Shown here: positions 46,850-56,641 of the stretch, piece by piece | Layout of the letters: every line of letters starts with the position of its first letter | Numbering within the stretch: position 1 is the first letter of the stretch | Assembly: GCA_963736115.1 (NCBI GenBank) | Contig: CAVTNR010000022.1 | Coordinates: 96,822 to 160,821, forward strand | Reading direction: 5' to 3' | Source of the DNA: an uncultured bacterium | GTDB taxonomy: Bacteria > Zhuqueibacterota > QNDG01 > DTFT01 | Length of the DNA stretch: 64,000 bases | Made by a program: the position numbers and the translations under genes | The notes under the pieces: generated by a model | Seen by the model: the letters and a program-made list of their open reading frames with translations, nothing else | The model's database searches: none | What the model was told of the DNA's origin: nothing

Positions 46850-47895
46850 TGTTCGACTTCCTCGATGAGGGTTTTCACGATGTCCCCTTCGGCCACCTTG
46901 CGTATGGTTTCGCCGCGCCTGAACAGGAGGGCTTCATGTTTCCCGCAGGCGATTCCGATGTCCGCCTCCCGCGCCTCGCCCGGGCCGTTGACCGCGCATC
47001 CCATTATGGCCAAAGTCAGCGTTTTATCCACGCCCGCCAGCGCCTTCTCGACCGCCTCGACGATGGGAATCATGTCGGTCTGAAGCCGGCCGCAGGTGGG
47101 GCAGGAAATAATGGTCAGCCCCCTCCGCCTGAGGCCGAGGGTCTTTAAAATTTCCCAGCCTGCGCGGATTTCATCCACCGGATTCGCGGTGAGAGACACG
47201 CGGACCGTATCCCCTATACCTTCAGCCAAAAGCGTGCCGATGCCGACCGCCGAACGGATGGCGCCGGTTTTCAGGGTGCCCGATTCCGTGACTCCGAGGT
47301 GTATGGGATAATCGCAGGACCGGGCGAGAAGCCGGTTGGCCTCCAGGGTCAGGGGAACGTTTGAAGCCTTGATGGCAATGACCAGATCGCGGAATCCCAG
47401 TTTCTCGCATATGCGGACATGGCCCATGGCGCTTTCCACCAGGGCATCGGCCGTGACGCCGTTGAAACGGGTCAGTATTTCCTTTTCCAGGGATCCGGCA
47501 TTCACGCCGATTCTGACCGGGATTCCTTTCTCCCCGGCTGCGTCCAGTACCTTGCGGACTCGGTCCTCGGATCCGATATTTCCCGGATTGATGCGGATCT
47601 TGTCAGCGCCGTTCCGTACGGCTTCGAGCGCGAGCCGGTGGTCGAAATGAATGTCGGCCACAAGCGGAATGGAAATGCGTTCCCGGATGCGGCTGACTGC
47701 CGCGGCCGCTTCCGCGTCCGGAACAGCAACGCGTACAATTTCGCATCCGGCCCCGGTCAGGGTTTGGATCTGGCTGACTGTGGCTTCGATATCCGAGGTT
47801 TTCGTGCAGGTCATGGACTGGACGGAGACAGGGGCGCCGCCCCCTATTGTCACTTTTCCGACCCGCACCGAACTGGTTTCTCGACGTTTCATCAT
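46837..47895 (-). CDS. ispG: 4-hydroxy-3-methylbut-2-en-1-yl diphosphate synthase
   Basis: VQSMT, PLVADIHF, RINPGN, RIGVNAGSL, HLGVTE, IGDTVRVSL, CPTCGR and MGCAVNGPGE. Confidence 0.97.
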   Translation of the reverse strand: MMKRRETSSVRVGKVTIGGGAPVSVQSMTCTKTSDIEATVSQIQTLTGAGCEIVRVAVPDAEAAAAVSRIRERISIPLVADIHFDHRLALEAVRNGADKIRINPGNIGSEDRVRKVLDAAGEKGIPVRIGVNAGSLEKEILTRFNGVTADALVESAMGHVRICEKLGFRDLVIAIKASNVPLTLEANRLLARSCDYPIHLGVTESGTLKTGAIRSAVGIGTLLAEGIGDTVRVSLTANPVDEIRAGWEILKTLGLRRRGLTIISCPTCGRLQTDMIPIVEAVEKALAGVDKTLTLAIMGCAVNGPGEAREADIGIACGKHEALLFRRGETIRKVAEGDIVKTLIEEVEQWNG

Positions 47896-48173
47896 GACAA
47901 ACATTAACTTAACGATTTTTCCCGGTTTAGGCAAGGGGTTTAGCGGCCGGCGCACTCCGGCATGATGAAGCGCAGTTTTCCCTCTGGTTCGAGGCCTCTA
48001 TAATAGAAGGAACGCGAGTTGGCGGATCGGCCTTGTTTTTCTCGTTCACGGATGCACATTTTCGGCTGGCGGTAAAGGTAAAAATATGTCACGTACCGAC
48101 GGTCCCGAATAATGCACGCAACTTTATTCGATCACTCACGTCTACCTTGTTAAGCCAACCCAGGAGAGAGAGC

Positions 48174-50813
48174 ATGAAAACCCGATGGTTTGTCATTCCA
48201 TTTCTGATTCTCCCGTTCATCCGGCTGGCGGCGGGTGTCGGCGACACGCCGCCGCCGGTCCAGGCTGTCCGCCTCGATTGTCCGGTGACAGTGGACGGTA
48301 TCCTGTCCGAACCGGTCTGGAGCACCGCTCCGGCCGTGTCCGGATTCTTCCAGCGCGACCCGGACGAGGGAAAACCGGCCTCGCAGGAAACGATCGTGCG
48401 CATCGCCTACGACGGCGACGCGCTGTACGTCGGGGCCGAGATGCGCGACACGGCGTCCGATTCCATCGTGGCACGGGTTTCGAGGCGCGACAACACCGAA
48501 AACGAGGATTACTTCGCGATCGCCATCGATTCGTACCATGACAGGCGCGGCGCGTATTACTTCGGGCTGAGCGCGGGCGGCACCTTCATGGACGGCACAT
48601 TCTACAACGACGACTGGTCCGAAGACACCTGGGACGGGGTATGGGACGGCCGGGTGCATCGGGACGAAAAGGGATGGACCGCGGAATTGCGCATCCCGTT
48701 CTCCCAGCTCCGGTTCCGCAGGGAGGAGAAGAATATCTGGGGTGTCAATTATCTGAGGGCCCTTTCGCGGCGGAACGAGGAAGCGTACCTGGTCTTCACG
48801 CCGAAGAACTCCAGCGGGTTCGTGTCGCGCTTCCCGGACCTGGTCGGCATCGAGAACATCAAGCCATCCCGTCACGTGGAGGTGCTCCCCTACGTCCGGG
48901 CCAAAGCGGCTTATACGCATCCCGACGCGGACAATCCGTTCGATGACGGTTCCTCCTACTCGCCGGTGGCCGGCGCGGATCTCAAGGTGGGGCTTTCGAA
49001 CAACGTCACGCTCGACCTGACCGCGAACCCGGACTTCGGCCAGGTGGAAGTGGACCCGGCTGTCGTCAACCTGAGCGACGTGGAGACGTATTTCAACGAG
49101 AAACGGCCGTTTTTCATCGAAGGCGCATCGATTTTCAATTTCGGCATGGGCGGGGCCACCAATTACTGGGGATTCAACTGGTCGAACCCGAATTTCTTCT
49201 ACAGCCGGCGTATCGGCCGCGCGCCGCAGGGCTCCCTGCCGGATCACGATTACGCGGATACGCCGGAAGGCGTCCACATTCTCGGCGCGGCGAAGATCAC
49301 CGGTAAACTCGGCGGAAAGTGGAATGTCGGGGCCATACAGGCGCTGACAAAACGCGAATTCGCGGACCTGTCACTAGGCGGCGAAAAAAGCCGGTCGGAA
49401 ATCGAGCCCCTGGCGACCTACGGCATTGTTCGGGCCCAGCGGGAAATTCGGGGCGGCCGTCAGGGCATCGGATTCCTGTCCACGCTGTCGGCCCGGCGCT
49501 TTGACGACGGCCGGCTGAAGACGGATTTCAACCGCCATTCGGAGACGTTTGGAATAGACGGATGGACCTTCCTGGATACCGCAAAGACCTGGGTGTTCAC
49601 GGGATGGGCGGGCGCCTCGCGCGTCGCGGGATCTTCGGAGCGGATCACGTCCCTGCAGCGGAATGCACAGCATTATTTCCAGAGGCCCGATGTCGATCAT
49701 GTTTCGGTCGACAGCGCGGCAACCGAAATGAACGGCTGGGCGGGACGGTTTTACCTGAACAAGCAGAGAGGGAACGTGATCGTCAATTCCGCGGTCGGAT
49801 TCGTCAGCCCGGGATTCGATGTGAATGACGCAGGTTTCATGAGCCGCGCGGACGTGGTCAACGGCCACATCGGGGCCGGTTACCTGTGGACCCAGCCCGG
49901 GAAGATTTTCCGTTCTCACGACGTGATCGGCGCTGTTTTTCAGAGTTCCGATTTCGGGGGAAACGTCTTCAGCCGGGGAGTTTTCATCCTCTGGGAAAAC
50001 CAGTTCCTGAATTACTGGCGCCTGGACGGCCACTACTGCTACAATCCAGAAACCCTGAACAAATACAGAACCCGCGGCGGTCCCCTGACCGTCGGTCATG
50101 ACGGGTCGGAATACGAGCTTTTCATTCAGTCCGACGACCGAAAGCCGCTGGTGTTCTGGGTGGACGGCTACGGATATTTCAGCACGCCCGTGGACTGGTT
50201 CAATAATATCTCCATGAACCTGCAGTGGAAGCCCCGGACCAACATGAGCCTGAGCGTGGGCCCGGGCCTGTCCAGGACCCGTGAATATACGCAATGGGTG
50301 GGCGCGTTCGACGATCCGACCGCCGGCCGGACCTACGGGAAACGGTACGTGTTCGGCGAGATGAAGCAGACCGAGATCAGCGCGAACGTCCGCCTCAACT
50401 GGACCTTCACGCCGAGGCTCTCCTTTCAGCTCTACCTTCAGCCGCTGTCGTCTCACGGCGATTACGAAAAATACAAGGAGCTCCGCAAACCCAGGAGCTA
50501 TTCTTTCGACGAATATGCGCCGGATCGGATCCTGCGGGCCAACGGGGAATACGAGATCGACCCGGACGGCGCCGGGCCGGCGGAATCCTTCTCGTTCGAC
50601 AATCCGGATTTCAACTTCAAGTCCCTGCGCGGGAACGCCGTTCTGCGCTGGGAGTACAGGCCCGGGTCGACGCTGTACCTGGTGTGGACGCAGAACCGGT
50701 GGGACGACCGGTATCAGGAGCCCTATTCCTTCCGGGAGTCCATGGACCAGCTTGGGGACGCGAAGGCGGATAACATCTTCATGCTGAAGGCCACGTACTG
50801 GTGGAGTTTGTAA
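48174..50813 (+). CDS. CBM9-like plus DUF5916 outer-membrane protein
   Basis: VDGILSEPVW, WTAELRIPFSQLRF, NPDFGQVE, EKRPFF, FYSRRIG and LRWEYRPGS. Confidence 0.88.
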   Translation: MKTRWFVIPFLILPFIRLAAGVGDTPPPVQAVRLDCPVTVDGILSEPVWSTAPAVSGFFQRDPDEGKPASQETIVRIAYDGDALYVGAEMRDTASDSIVARVSRRDNTENEDYFAIAIDSYHDRRGAYYFGLSAGGTFMDGTFYNDDWSEDTWDGVWDGRVHRDEKGWTAELRIPFSQLRFRREEKNIWGVNYLRALSRRNEEAYLVFTPKNSSGFVSRFPDLVGIENIKPSRHVEVLPYVRAKAAYTHPDADNPFDDGSSYSPVAGADLKVGLSNNVTLDLTANPDFGQVEVDPAVVNLSDVETYFNEKRPFFIEGASIFNFGMGGATNYWGFNWSNPNFFYSRRIGRAPQGSLPDHDYADTPEGVHILGAAKITGKLGGKWNVGAIQALTKREFADLSLGGEKSRSEIEPLATYGIVRAQREIRGGRQGIGFLSTLSARRFDDGRLKTDFNRHSETFGIDGWTFLDTAKTWVFTGWAGASRVAGSSERITSLQRNAQHYFQRPDVDHVSVDSAATEMNGWAGRFYLNKQRGNVIVNSAVGFVSPGFDVNDAGFMSRADVVNGHIGAGYLWTQPGKIFRSHDVIGAVFQSSDFGGNVFSRGVFILWENQFLNYWRLDGHYCYNPETLNKYRTRGGPLTVGHDGSEYELFIQSDDRKPLVFWVDGYGYFSTPVDWFNNISMNLQWKPRTNMSLSVGPGLSRTREYTQWVGAFDDPTAGRTYGKRYVFGEMKQTEISANVRLNWTFTPRLSFQLYLQPLSSHGDYEKYKELRKPRSYSFDEYAPDRILRANGEYEIDPDGAGPAESFSFDNPDFNFKSLRGNAVLRWEYRPGSTLYLVWTQNRWDDRYQEPYSFRESMDQLGDAKADNIFMLKATYWWSL

Positions 50814-50876
50814 AGCCTCAGAACCCGGGGGCCCGCACTCATACTCAAGGCCACATACCGGTGGATCCTGTAATTG

Positions 50877-50915
50877 AAACCCTCCGGGAGGCTGTCAGCC
50901 TCCCGGAGGGTTTTT
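50877..50915. terminator. Terminator hairpin between convergent genes
   Basis: aaaccctccgggaggc-tgtca-gcctcccggagggttttt. Confidence 0.8.
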
Positions 50916-50931
50916 CAGTACGACACGTCTC

Positions 50932-52548
50932 TCAGGAGTTCCCGGCGTTATCCGGTTCCGGCCGCCGCCGGGGCACATAGGCAGTTCCCCATTCCCCTGC
51001 ACCAACGGCATCCATGTGCGTCCGGATGACTCCGGCGAGTTCGGCGGGCCACAGTGCACCCCACGCGGGATGCGGATCCCGGACCACGACCAGGGGGATG
51101 CGGCCTTCCACGACGAGGCGGCCGACTTCCTCCCGGCCGCGTGCGCCGAGTACCGTGGTCAATGGATAATCGTATGGAATCGGATTCCGGAGCCCCGCGG
51201 TCAGATAATAGAACCCGGCTTCCACATCCATCAGAAAAACCTCCTTGTCCCCGGCCAACCGTGCGAGTGCGCCGGACCGGCTGACCAGGTCACGATACTC
51301 ACCGCAACGGATCGGAACATGGCTGAAATACGGCAATGCGGACCAGCAGGAGCCGCGGCCTAAAAAAGACCGCGCGGTATGCAGCCCCATCTGGACCGTT
51401 CCGACGGCCAGCCAGACCATGCACGCCGCCCATGCGGCTTTCCGGAACCGGGCGGAAAGCCGTCCGGACAGCCGGTCTCCGAGAAAAAACAGGCCGAGCG
51501 CCTGCGCCGGCAGAATCAGGGCCAGATGAAAAAGATCGTAACGGGGGTAAGCGGAGAGCCAGGAAGCGCCCGCGAACCCGAAGAGGAGCGCCGCGGTGCG
51601 CCTGTCCGCACCTTTCAGCAGGAGGCCGGCGGCGGCGAGTCCCGGGACGGTGATCGCCGGTAGTATCCACGGCCATTGGAAGTAAGAACGTTTCAGGTCG
51701 GTCCAGGACGGATGGGTCAGGACGGCGCCCAGCTCCCGGAGCCGGTCTCCATACGGCAGTGCGAGACGCAGGTATTCCCCCTTGGAGGAGACGCCATGGT
51801 AGGCGAAGGGAGTGAGGGTGCCGGTGGCCAGAAGGGGCAGGATGATCAGGACGACCGCGGACAGGCAGAAGGAAAGGGTGAGCACGGCCGCCGGGCGGAG
51901 AGAACGGAATACAGGACGACGCTTCGCGGGAATCGCTGCCAAAACGGACGCTCCCGCGGCCGCGAACGCAAGGAGGCCGATGTTCTGTTTGGCGGCGAGG
52001 CAGAATCCCGCGGCGATTCCCGCTTCGACGAGCCGCCGGTCGCCGGTCCCGCCGCTGTCGTCTTCCGGCCGCATCCAGACGATGCACCTTTCGAGACACA
52101 GCATCATGAACATGACGGCCAGTGGATTATAAAGCGAGTTGGGATAGGCCGGACAATAGACGATGAAAAAGGCGACCGCCAAGAGGGTCCAGCGTGTCGA
52201 GGCGCATCCAAGGCGGCCGGCGGCGCGCACGAAGAAGATCACGGTGAACGCGAAACACGCGGCAAGCAGCGCCTTGGTGACGAGGACTTGGATTCCGAAA
52301 AGCCGGCAGGCCGCGGCGCCGAGACAGACGGATAGGGGAGTGGGTTCAAAGCAGATCTCACGGTACAAAGTTTCGCCGTCCAGCACCCTTCGGATGACCT
52401 GCAGAAACCAGCTCTCATCGAAGACGGAAACGCCCATCCCCCAGCAATAAAGCATTCCGGTGATGAAGCAGAATATCCACAGCGTCAAACCGTTCCACGG
52501 TCCGCGGAAGGGGGCCGTCAGTCTGGAGTCGGGGCGCACCAAGGTCAT
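50932..52548 (-). CDS. Polytopic membrane protein, GT-C (ArnT/PMT-like) glycosyltransferase candidate
   Basis: DESW after the first TM, GETLYREI...PTPL, KQNIG and YPRYDLFH; about 11-13 TMs; paralog of 58250-59890. Confidence 0.7.
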   Translation of the reverse strand: MTLVRPDSRLTAPFRGPWNGLTLWIFCFITGMLYCWGMGVSVFDESWFLQVIRRVLDGETLYREICFEPTPLSVCLGAAACRLFGIQVLVTKALLAACFAFTVIFFVRAAGRLGCASTRWTLLAVAFFIVYCPAYPNSLYNPLAVMFMMLCLERCIVWMRPEDDSGGTGDRRLVEAGIAAGFCLAAKQNIGLLAFAAAGASVLAAIPAKRRPVFRSLRPAAVLTLSFCLSAVVLIILPLLATGTLTPFAYHGVSSKGEYLRLALPYGDRLRELGAVLTHPSWTDLKRSYFQWPWILPAITVPGLAAAGLLLKGADRRTAALLFGFAGASWLSAYPRYDLFHLALILPAQALGLFFLGDRLSGRLSARFRKAAWAACMVWLAVGTVQMGLHTARSFLGRGSCWSALPYFSHVPIRCGEYRDLVSRSGALARLAGDKEVFLMDVEAGFYYLTAGLRNPIPYDYPLTTVLGARGREEVGRLVVEGRIPLVVVRDPHPAWGALWPAELAGVIRTHMDAVGAGEWGTAYVPRRRPEPDNAGNS

Positions 52549-52732
52549 TCCCCGGAACCCGCGCGAACGGAGCCGGACTGAGGTCTTCCGCCGTGAGCGG
52601 CAGTGGATGTCATCTGCCGGGAAGAAAACATGCGATACCCGTCCGATCTCTCTCTTCACTGATGAAAAACAGAACAGTCTGGTCAGGCGCGACGGACCGG
52701 GGCATGCGGAATCCCACGAAATCCGGTTGCGG

Positions 52733-53488
52733 TCAGGTCCCAGCCTCGATGTAATACTGTGCGCCCAACGGGCACCGGGACAGACGCGAATCCAGGAACG
52801 CCAGGCGCTTCAGCATCGGGGGCACAAAAAGGACATACCGTTTCTCCAGGATACGGTATCCGCCGCGTTCCAGCAGAACGCAGGCGGCCTCCATCCGGAG
52901 CGGTTCGGCGTCGTTGTCCCAGGGGATGCGTCTCAGGCTGGCCGTCACGACGGGATTCCGGGGATTGTGCTCGAAAATCCCCACCCGGCCGCCGCTCCGG
53001 AGTCTCCTGCGCGCTTGTTCGAGGGCGTCGCGCCTTTCTTCATCCGTCGTGATGTGATGCAGAACGCCGGCGATCAGGATCAGGTCGAATGGACCCTCCG
53101 GTCCGGAACGGCCGCACTCGAAAAACGAAGCGTCCGGGCACCGGGTCCGCGCGAGATCCAGGCTGGCGCGTGAGATGTCGCATCCGGACAGGCGGCTTTC
53201 AGGGAACAGGCGCCTCAGATGGGGCAGGTTCCGCCCCACGCCGCAGCCGAATTCCAGAATGGAAGGGACGGGTCCGGGGAACCGTTCCCTCAGGAGGCGG
53301 GCCTTGTACTCGGCGTAATATCCGATATCGTCCCCGAACCGGCCCAGCCCGCGCCGCATGTCGTCGTCGTACCCGGCGGCCGCTCCGTCGAAAAGCAGGG
53401 CAGCCGTGGACGGGCCGGAGCGGCGGACCGGGGGCCGGTCCGGCCCTCCCTTCCGCGCGGAATTCGGGCCGTGGGTTCCCGCTCTCAT
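52733..53488 (-). CDS. Class I SAM-dependent methyltransferase
   Basis: ILEFGCGVG, GCDIS, FDLI..VLHHI, FEHNP and PLGAQY. Confidence 0.9.
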   Translation of the reverse strand: MRAGTHGPNSARKGGPDRPPVRRSGPSTAALLFDGAAAGYDDDMRRGLGRFGDDIGYYAEYKARLLRERFPGPVPSILEFGCGVGRNLPHLRRLFPESRLSGCDISRASLDLARTRCPDASFFECGRSGPEGPFDLILIAGVLHHITTDEERRDALEQARRRLRSGGRVGIFEHNPRNPVVTASLRRIPWDNDAEPLRMEAACVLLERGGYRILEKRYVLFVPPMLKRLAFLDSRLSRCPLGAQYYIEAGT

Positions 53489-54453
53489 CCGGTTATTTCC
53501 GTGCGACGTCTTCGGATCAGGCCCGAGACGATGAAGAGCGGCCGCCCTTTTACCTGAAAGAAGATTCGGAGCACATACTCCCCGAGAATTCCAAGCGACA
53601 GCAGCTGGACGCCTCCGAACATCAGAATGGCGAAAAAAAGCATGGTGAACCCCTGTGGAACACCGTGGAAGATGTATTTCCTCACCACGGTGTAGATAAA
53701 ATACAGGGACGACAGGCCGATGATCGAGGCGCCCGCGAACGTCATGAAACGCACGGGCAGTTCGCTGAAATTGAAAATACCGTCCATGGCCAGTTGGACC
53801 ATGCTGCGGAGATTGTACTTGGGGCGGCCCGAGGCTCGCGGGTCGCGCTCATAGGGGATCCCGACCTGGCGGAACCCCAACCAGGACCTCATGCCGCGCA
53901 GGAAACGGCGCTCCTCGGGCATGCGGATGAGCAGGTCCGCCGTCCGCCGGCTGATCAGACAGAAATCGCCGCTGTCGAGAGGGATGATCGTATCGGAGAT
54001 CCGTGACAGTATCCGGTAGAAAAGCGCGTAGCAGGCGCGCTTCCACCAGCGCTCCTTCCTCCGTTTCCGAATACCGTAGACCACATCCGCGCCTCGACGG
54101 AGTCGTTCGAGAAAAACGGGAAGCATTTCCGGCGGATCCTGGAGATCCCCGTCCAGCATGAAAATCGCTTCGGTGCCCGATGCCGCCGTCAGACCCGCGC
54201 TGAGCGCCCGCTGGTGTCCGAAATTCCGCGACAGAAAGACAGCCGTGAATCGTCCGTCCTCGGCGGCGATCCGGGCTATTTTCCGCGGGGTCGAGTCCCG
54301 GCTGCCGTCGTCCACGAGCACCGCCTCGATGGACGAACGCGGACGCTGCATCAAGCGCAGAATCCGCCGGTGCAGCGATGCGATGTTCGTCTCCTCGTTG
54401 TACAGGGGGATGACGATGGAGATTTTCGGGTATTTTCGGACGGCGTGGGTCAT
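53485..54453 (-). CDS. GT2 polyprenol-phosphate glycosyltransferase (GtrB-like)
   Basis: SIVIPLYNEE, VDDGSRD, LSRNFGHQ, DGDLQDPP and GDF; two C-terminal TMs. Confidence 0.93.
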   Translation of the reverse strand: MTHAVRKYPKISIVIPLYNEETNIASLHRRILRLMQRPRSSIEAVLVDDGSRDSTPRKIARIAAEDGRFTAVFLSRNFGHQRALSAGLTAASGTEAIFMLDGDLQDPPEMLPVFLERLRRGADVVYGIRKRRKERWWKRACYALFYRILSRISDTIIPLDSGDFCLISRRTADLLIRMPEERRFLRGMRSWLGFRQVGIPYERDPRASGRPKYNLRSMVQLAMDGIFNFSELPVRFMTFAGASIIGLSSLYFIYTVVRKYIFHGVPQGFTMLFFAILMFGGVQLLSLGILGEYVLRIFFQVKGRPLFIVSGLIRRRRTEITG

Positions 54454-54890
54454 GGCCTCAGGGTCTTCCGTTTGGGTCGGTCGCGGGAAGGGGAGACAGC
54501 CGTTTCTGTTTGGATGACTGAATAAATATAACAGCTTCATCGGTAAAACCAAGTGGAAACTGGCCGGTTCCCGGCGTGTCGGCTGAGTCCGGAACCGACT
54601 CCGGGGCATCCGATTGAATCTCCCCGCGGCCCGCTTCGCGGGATGAAGCTATTATATGCCTTCTGATTGAAGGCACACTTCGCGGGATCCAGTAATTATA
54701 TTTATGAATTATTGAAGACAAGCGGCAGGGTAAGCGAGCGATCAGATTCGACCCGGCGGATGAATACGGGAGCGGGCGGGTTTGCACGGGGTGACGGGGA
54801 AGGCATCCGGCGGCACTGCAAGGAGGTTCGGTGTCTGTCTGCGGGCGATGACGACCCCCCTCCGGTCAAGATGTTACTGAAGGACGGCCT

Positions 54891-56489
54891 TCAGTTCGAG
54901 GGCGGAGATACTATCGAGGCTGGGTTCTGCGTCCCTGTTTTTCCTCCCGGGACAATCCCTTCCATGTGAAAAAATGACGCATGGTTCGACGTGAACCGTT
55001 TCGGGGTGCGGCCGAGTATGGCCGCGACTGCGGGATGGCGCCGGAACACCCGGTCCAGGAAACCGCGCACTCGGTTGCGGTCCCACCCGAGCGGATGCTC
55101 GAAATCCGCGTAAAGCGACAGATCGCCTTCAGAGAATGGCCGTGTCCTGAGTGAAGCCGCGTCCGCGCAGGACGCGGGCATGTTGAAGACCGCGGCATTG
55201 ATGTATCCGATTGATTCATGGTGCAGTGTCGTGAAATCAAGGGTACGAAAAGCAGAGGCCTCGGATTCCCACGGCGTACCGAATAGCAGGTATACATACG
55301 AAACGATACCGGCGTTCCGCAGGTTTTGCAGAATGACGGACGCGTCCTCGATCCGTATCCCCTTCTCCATCCGATCCAGCACCCCCGGGTCCCCCGACTC
55401 CAGGCCGATTTTCAGCATCACACAGCCCGCGGCCTTCATCGCCGCGCAGAAACCAGGATCCGTCCACGGTTCGGACAGGCGCGCGTAGCCGTACCAGGGC
55501 GCTCCGGGCGGATCCGATATGAAACGGTCCAGCAGGGACGGGGAGAGGGCATTGTCCAGAAAATGGATGAGAGACGGACGCGTCTTCTCCTTCAGCTGTT
55601 TCAGGTCCGAGATGACCCGGTCCGGCGGAACGGGCGAGTAGGCGCCGGCCTCAGCCCGTTCCGGGCAGAAACGGCAATTGCGCCAGTAGCAGCCGGTCGA
55701 GGCGTCATACGGCAGTATGAAACCGGGGGAGAGATAGCCGGGGCCGGCCAGCCCGTCGAAGTCCGGCACAGGCCGTTCGGGTGTCCATGACCGCACGGCC
55801 AGACGGGACAGCAGAAACGGTTCGCCGGGCCCTTCCACGCAATCGTCCACGAGCGTCCGGAAAGGATCCTTCCAGCCCGGGCTCCGAATCCACGATGTGA
55901 TCAACCCTCCGCCCAGCGCGATTTTCAGATCCGGGAATGCGCGGCGGAGCAGTCCCGCCAGGCTGAAGGCGTGAAAGGCCTGGCTCAGGAAATTGACGGA
56001 CAGGCCGATGAGTTCCGGAGACGTCTGTTCGACGAGGGGGAGCAGGCGGCTTCTGTAGTACCCGTGAAACGGATCATCCTCCGGCTGTTCCGCGCACCGG
56101 ATCAGGTCCGTGCTCCGGGCTGCGGATAGGCGGCTGTGGCCGCTGTCCGAAAGCCCCGGCGTGAAATCCGTTCCGTTTCCCGAGATTTCGATCAGACGGT
56201 GGAGGTCATTCACAATGCGGTTATAATGGCCGATGGACCGGAATGCGGATCCATTCCGGAGATCGATCAGGTTCCGATCCCGGTTCCGGACCGCGGTTCG
56301 CGTTGGGCCGTCAACGGCTTCGACCGGTCTTTCCAGGACGAAGCGCATCCCTTCCAAATTGGCGTCGACCGCCAGGCACGACACGCCGTTCACACGGAGA
56401 GCGGCCGCCAGCCGTGCGATGCCTGCGGGCGGCTCACCGGGTTTGCACACCGGGGGATGGATGAGGAGTACGCGGGCTGTCTGATTCAT
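54891..56489 (-). CDS. Radical SAM protein with a B12-binding-like N-terminal domain
   Basis: LLIHPP, ALGGG, GCYWRNCRFC (CX3CX2C), GLESG and YLLFGTP. Confidence 0.88.
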   Translation of the reverse strand: MNQTARVLLIHPPVCKPGEPPAGIARLAAALRVNGVSCLAVDANLEGMRFVLERPVEAVDGPTRTAVRNRDRNLIDLRNGSAFRSIGHYNRIVNDLHRLIEISGNGTDFTPGLSDSGHSRLSAARSTDLIRCAEQPEDDPFHGYYRSRLLPLVEQTSPELIGLSVNFLSQAFHAFSLAGLLRRAFPDLKIALGGGLITSWIRSPGWKDPFRTLVDDCVEGPGEPFLLSRLAVRSWTPERPVPDFDGLAGPGYLSPGFILPYDASTGCYWRNCRFCPERAEAGAYSPVPPDRVISDLKQLKEKTRPSLIHFLDNALSPSLLDRFISDPPGAPWYGYARLSEPWTDPGFCAAMKAAGCVMLKIGLESGDPGVLDRMEKGIRIEDASVILQNLRNAGIVSYVYLLFGTPWESEASAFRTLDFTTLHHESIGYINAAVFNMPASCADAASLRTRPFSEGDLSLYADFEHPLGWDRNRVRGFLDRVFRRHPAVAAILGRTPKRFTSNHASFFHMEGIVPGGKTGTQNPASIVSPPSN

Positions 56490-56513
56490 CGACGTTCGGT
56501 TTCAGCGTAAATG

Positions 56514-56545
56514 ACCCCGGGGTCCTTCGGACCCCGGGGTTTTTT
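56514..56545. terminator. Terminator-like hairpin
   Basis: accccggggtcc-ttcg-gaccccggggtttttt. Confidence 0.65.
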
Positions 56546-56641
56546 GCGACAGTTCATTTCGATTCCAGCGCGGCTGGACAGTTTCAGTGTGAAGAACGGG
56601 GTCCTTTTTCTGGCGCACGGACCGTCCCGTTCGTGCCGGGT

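Noticed and set aside
50778-50873. 3'-end echo as a DGR template/variable repeat pair
   Set aside because: Only 36 bp, mismatches are not confined to adenines, and no reverse transcriptase is in the window.
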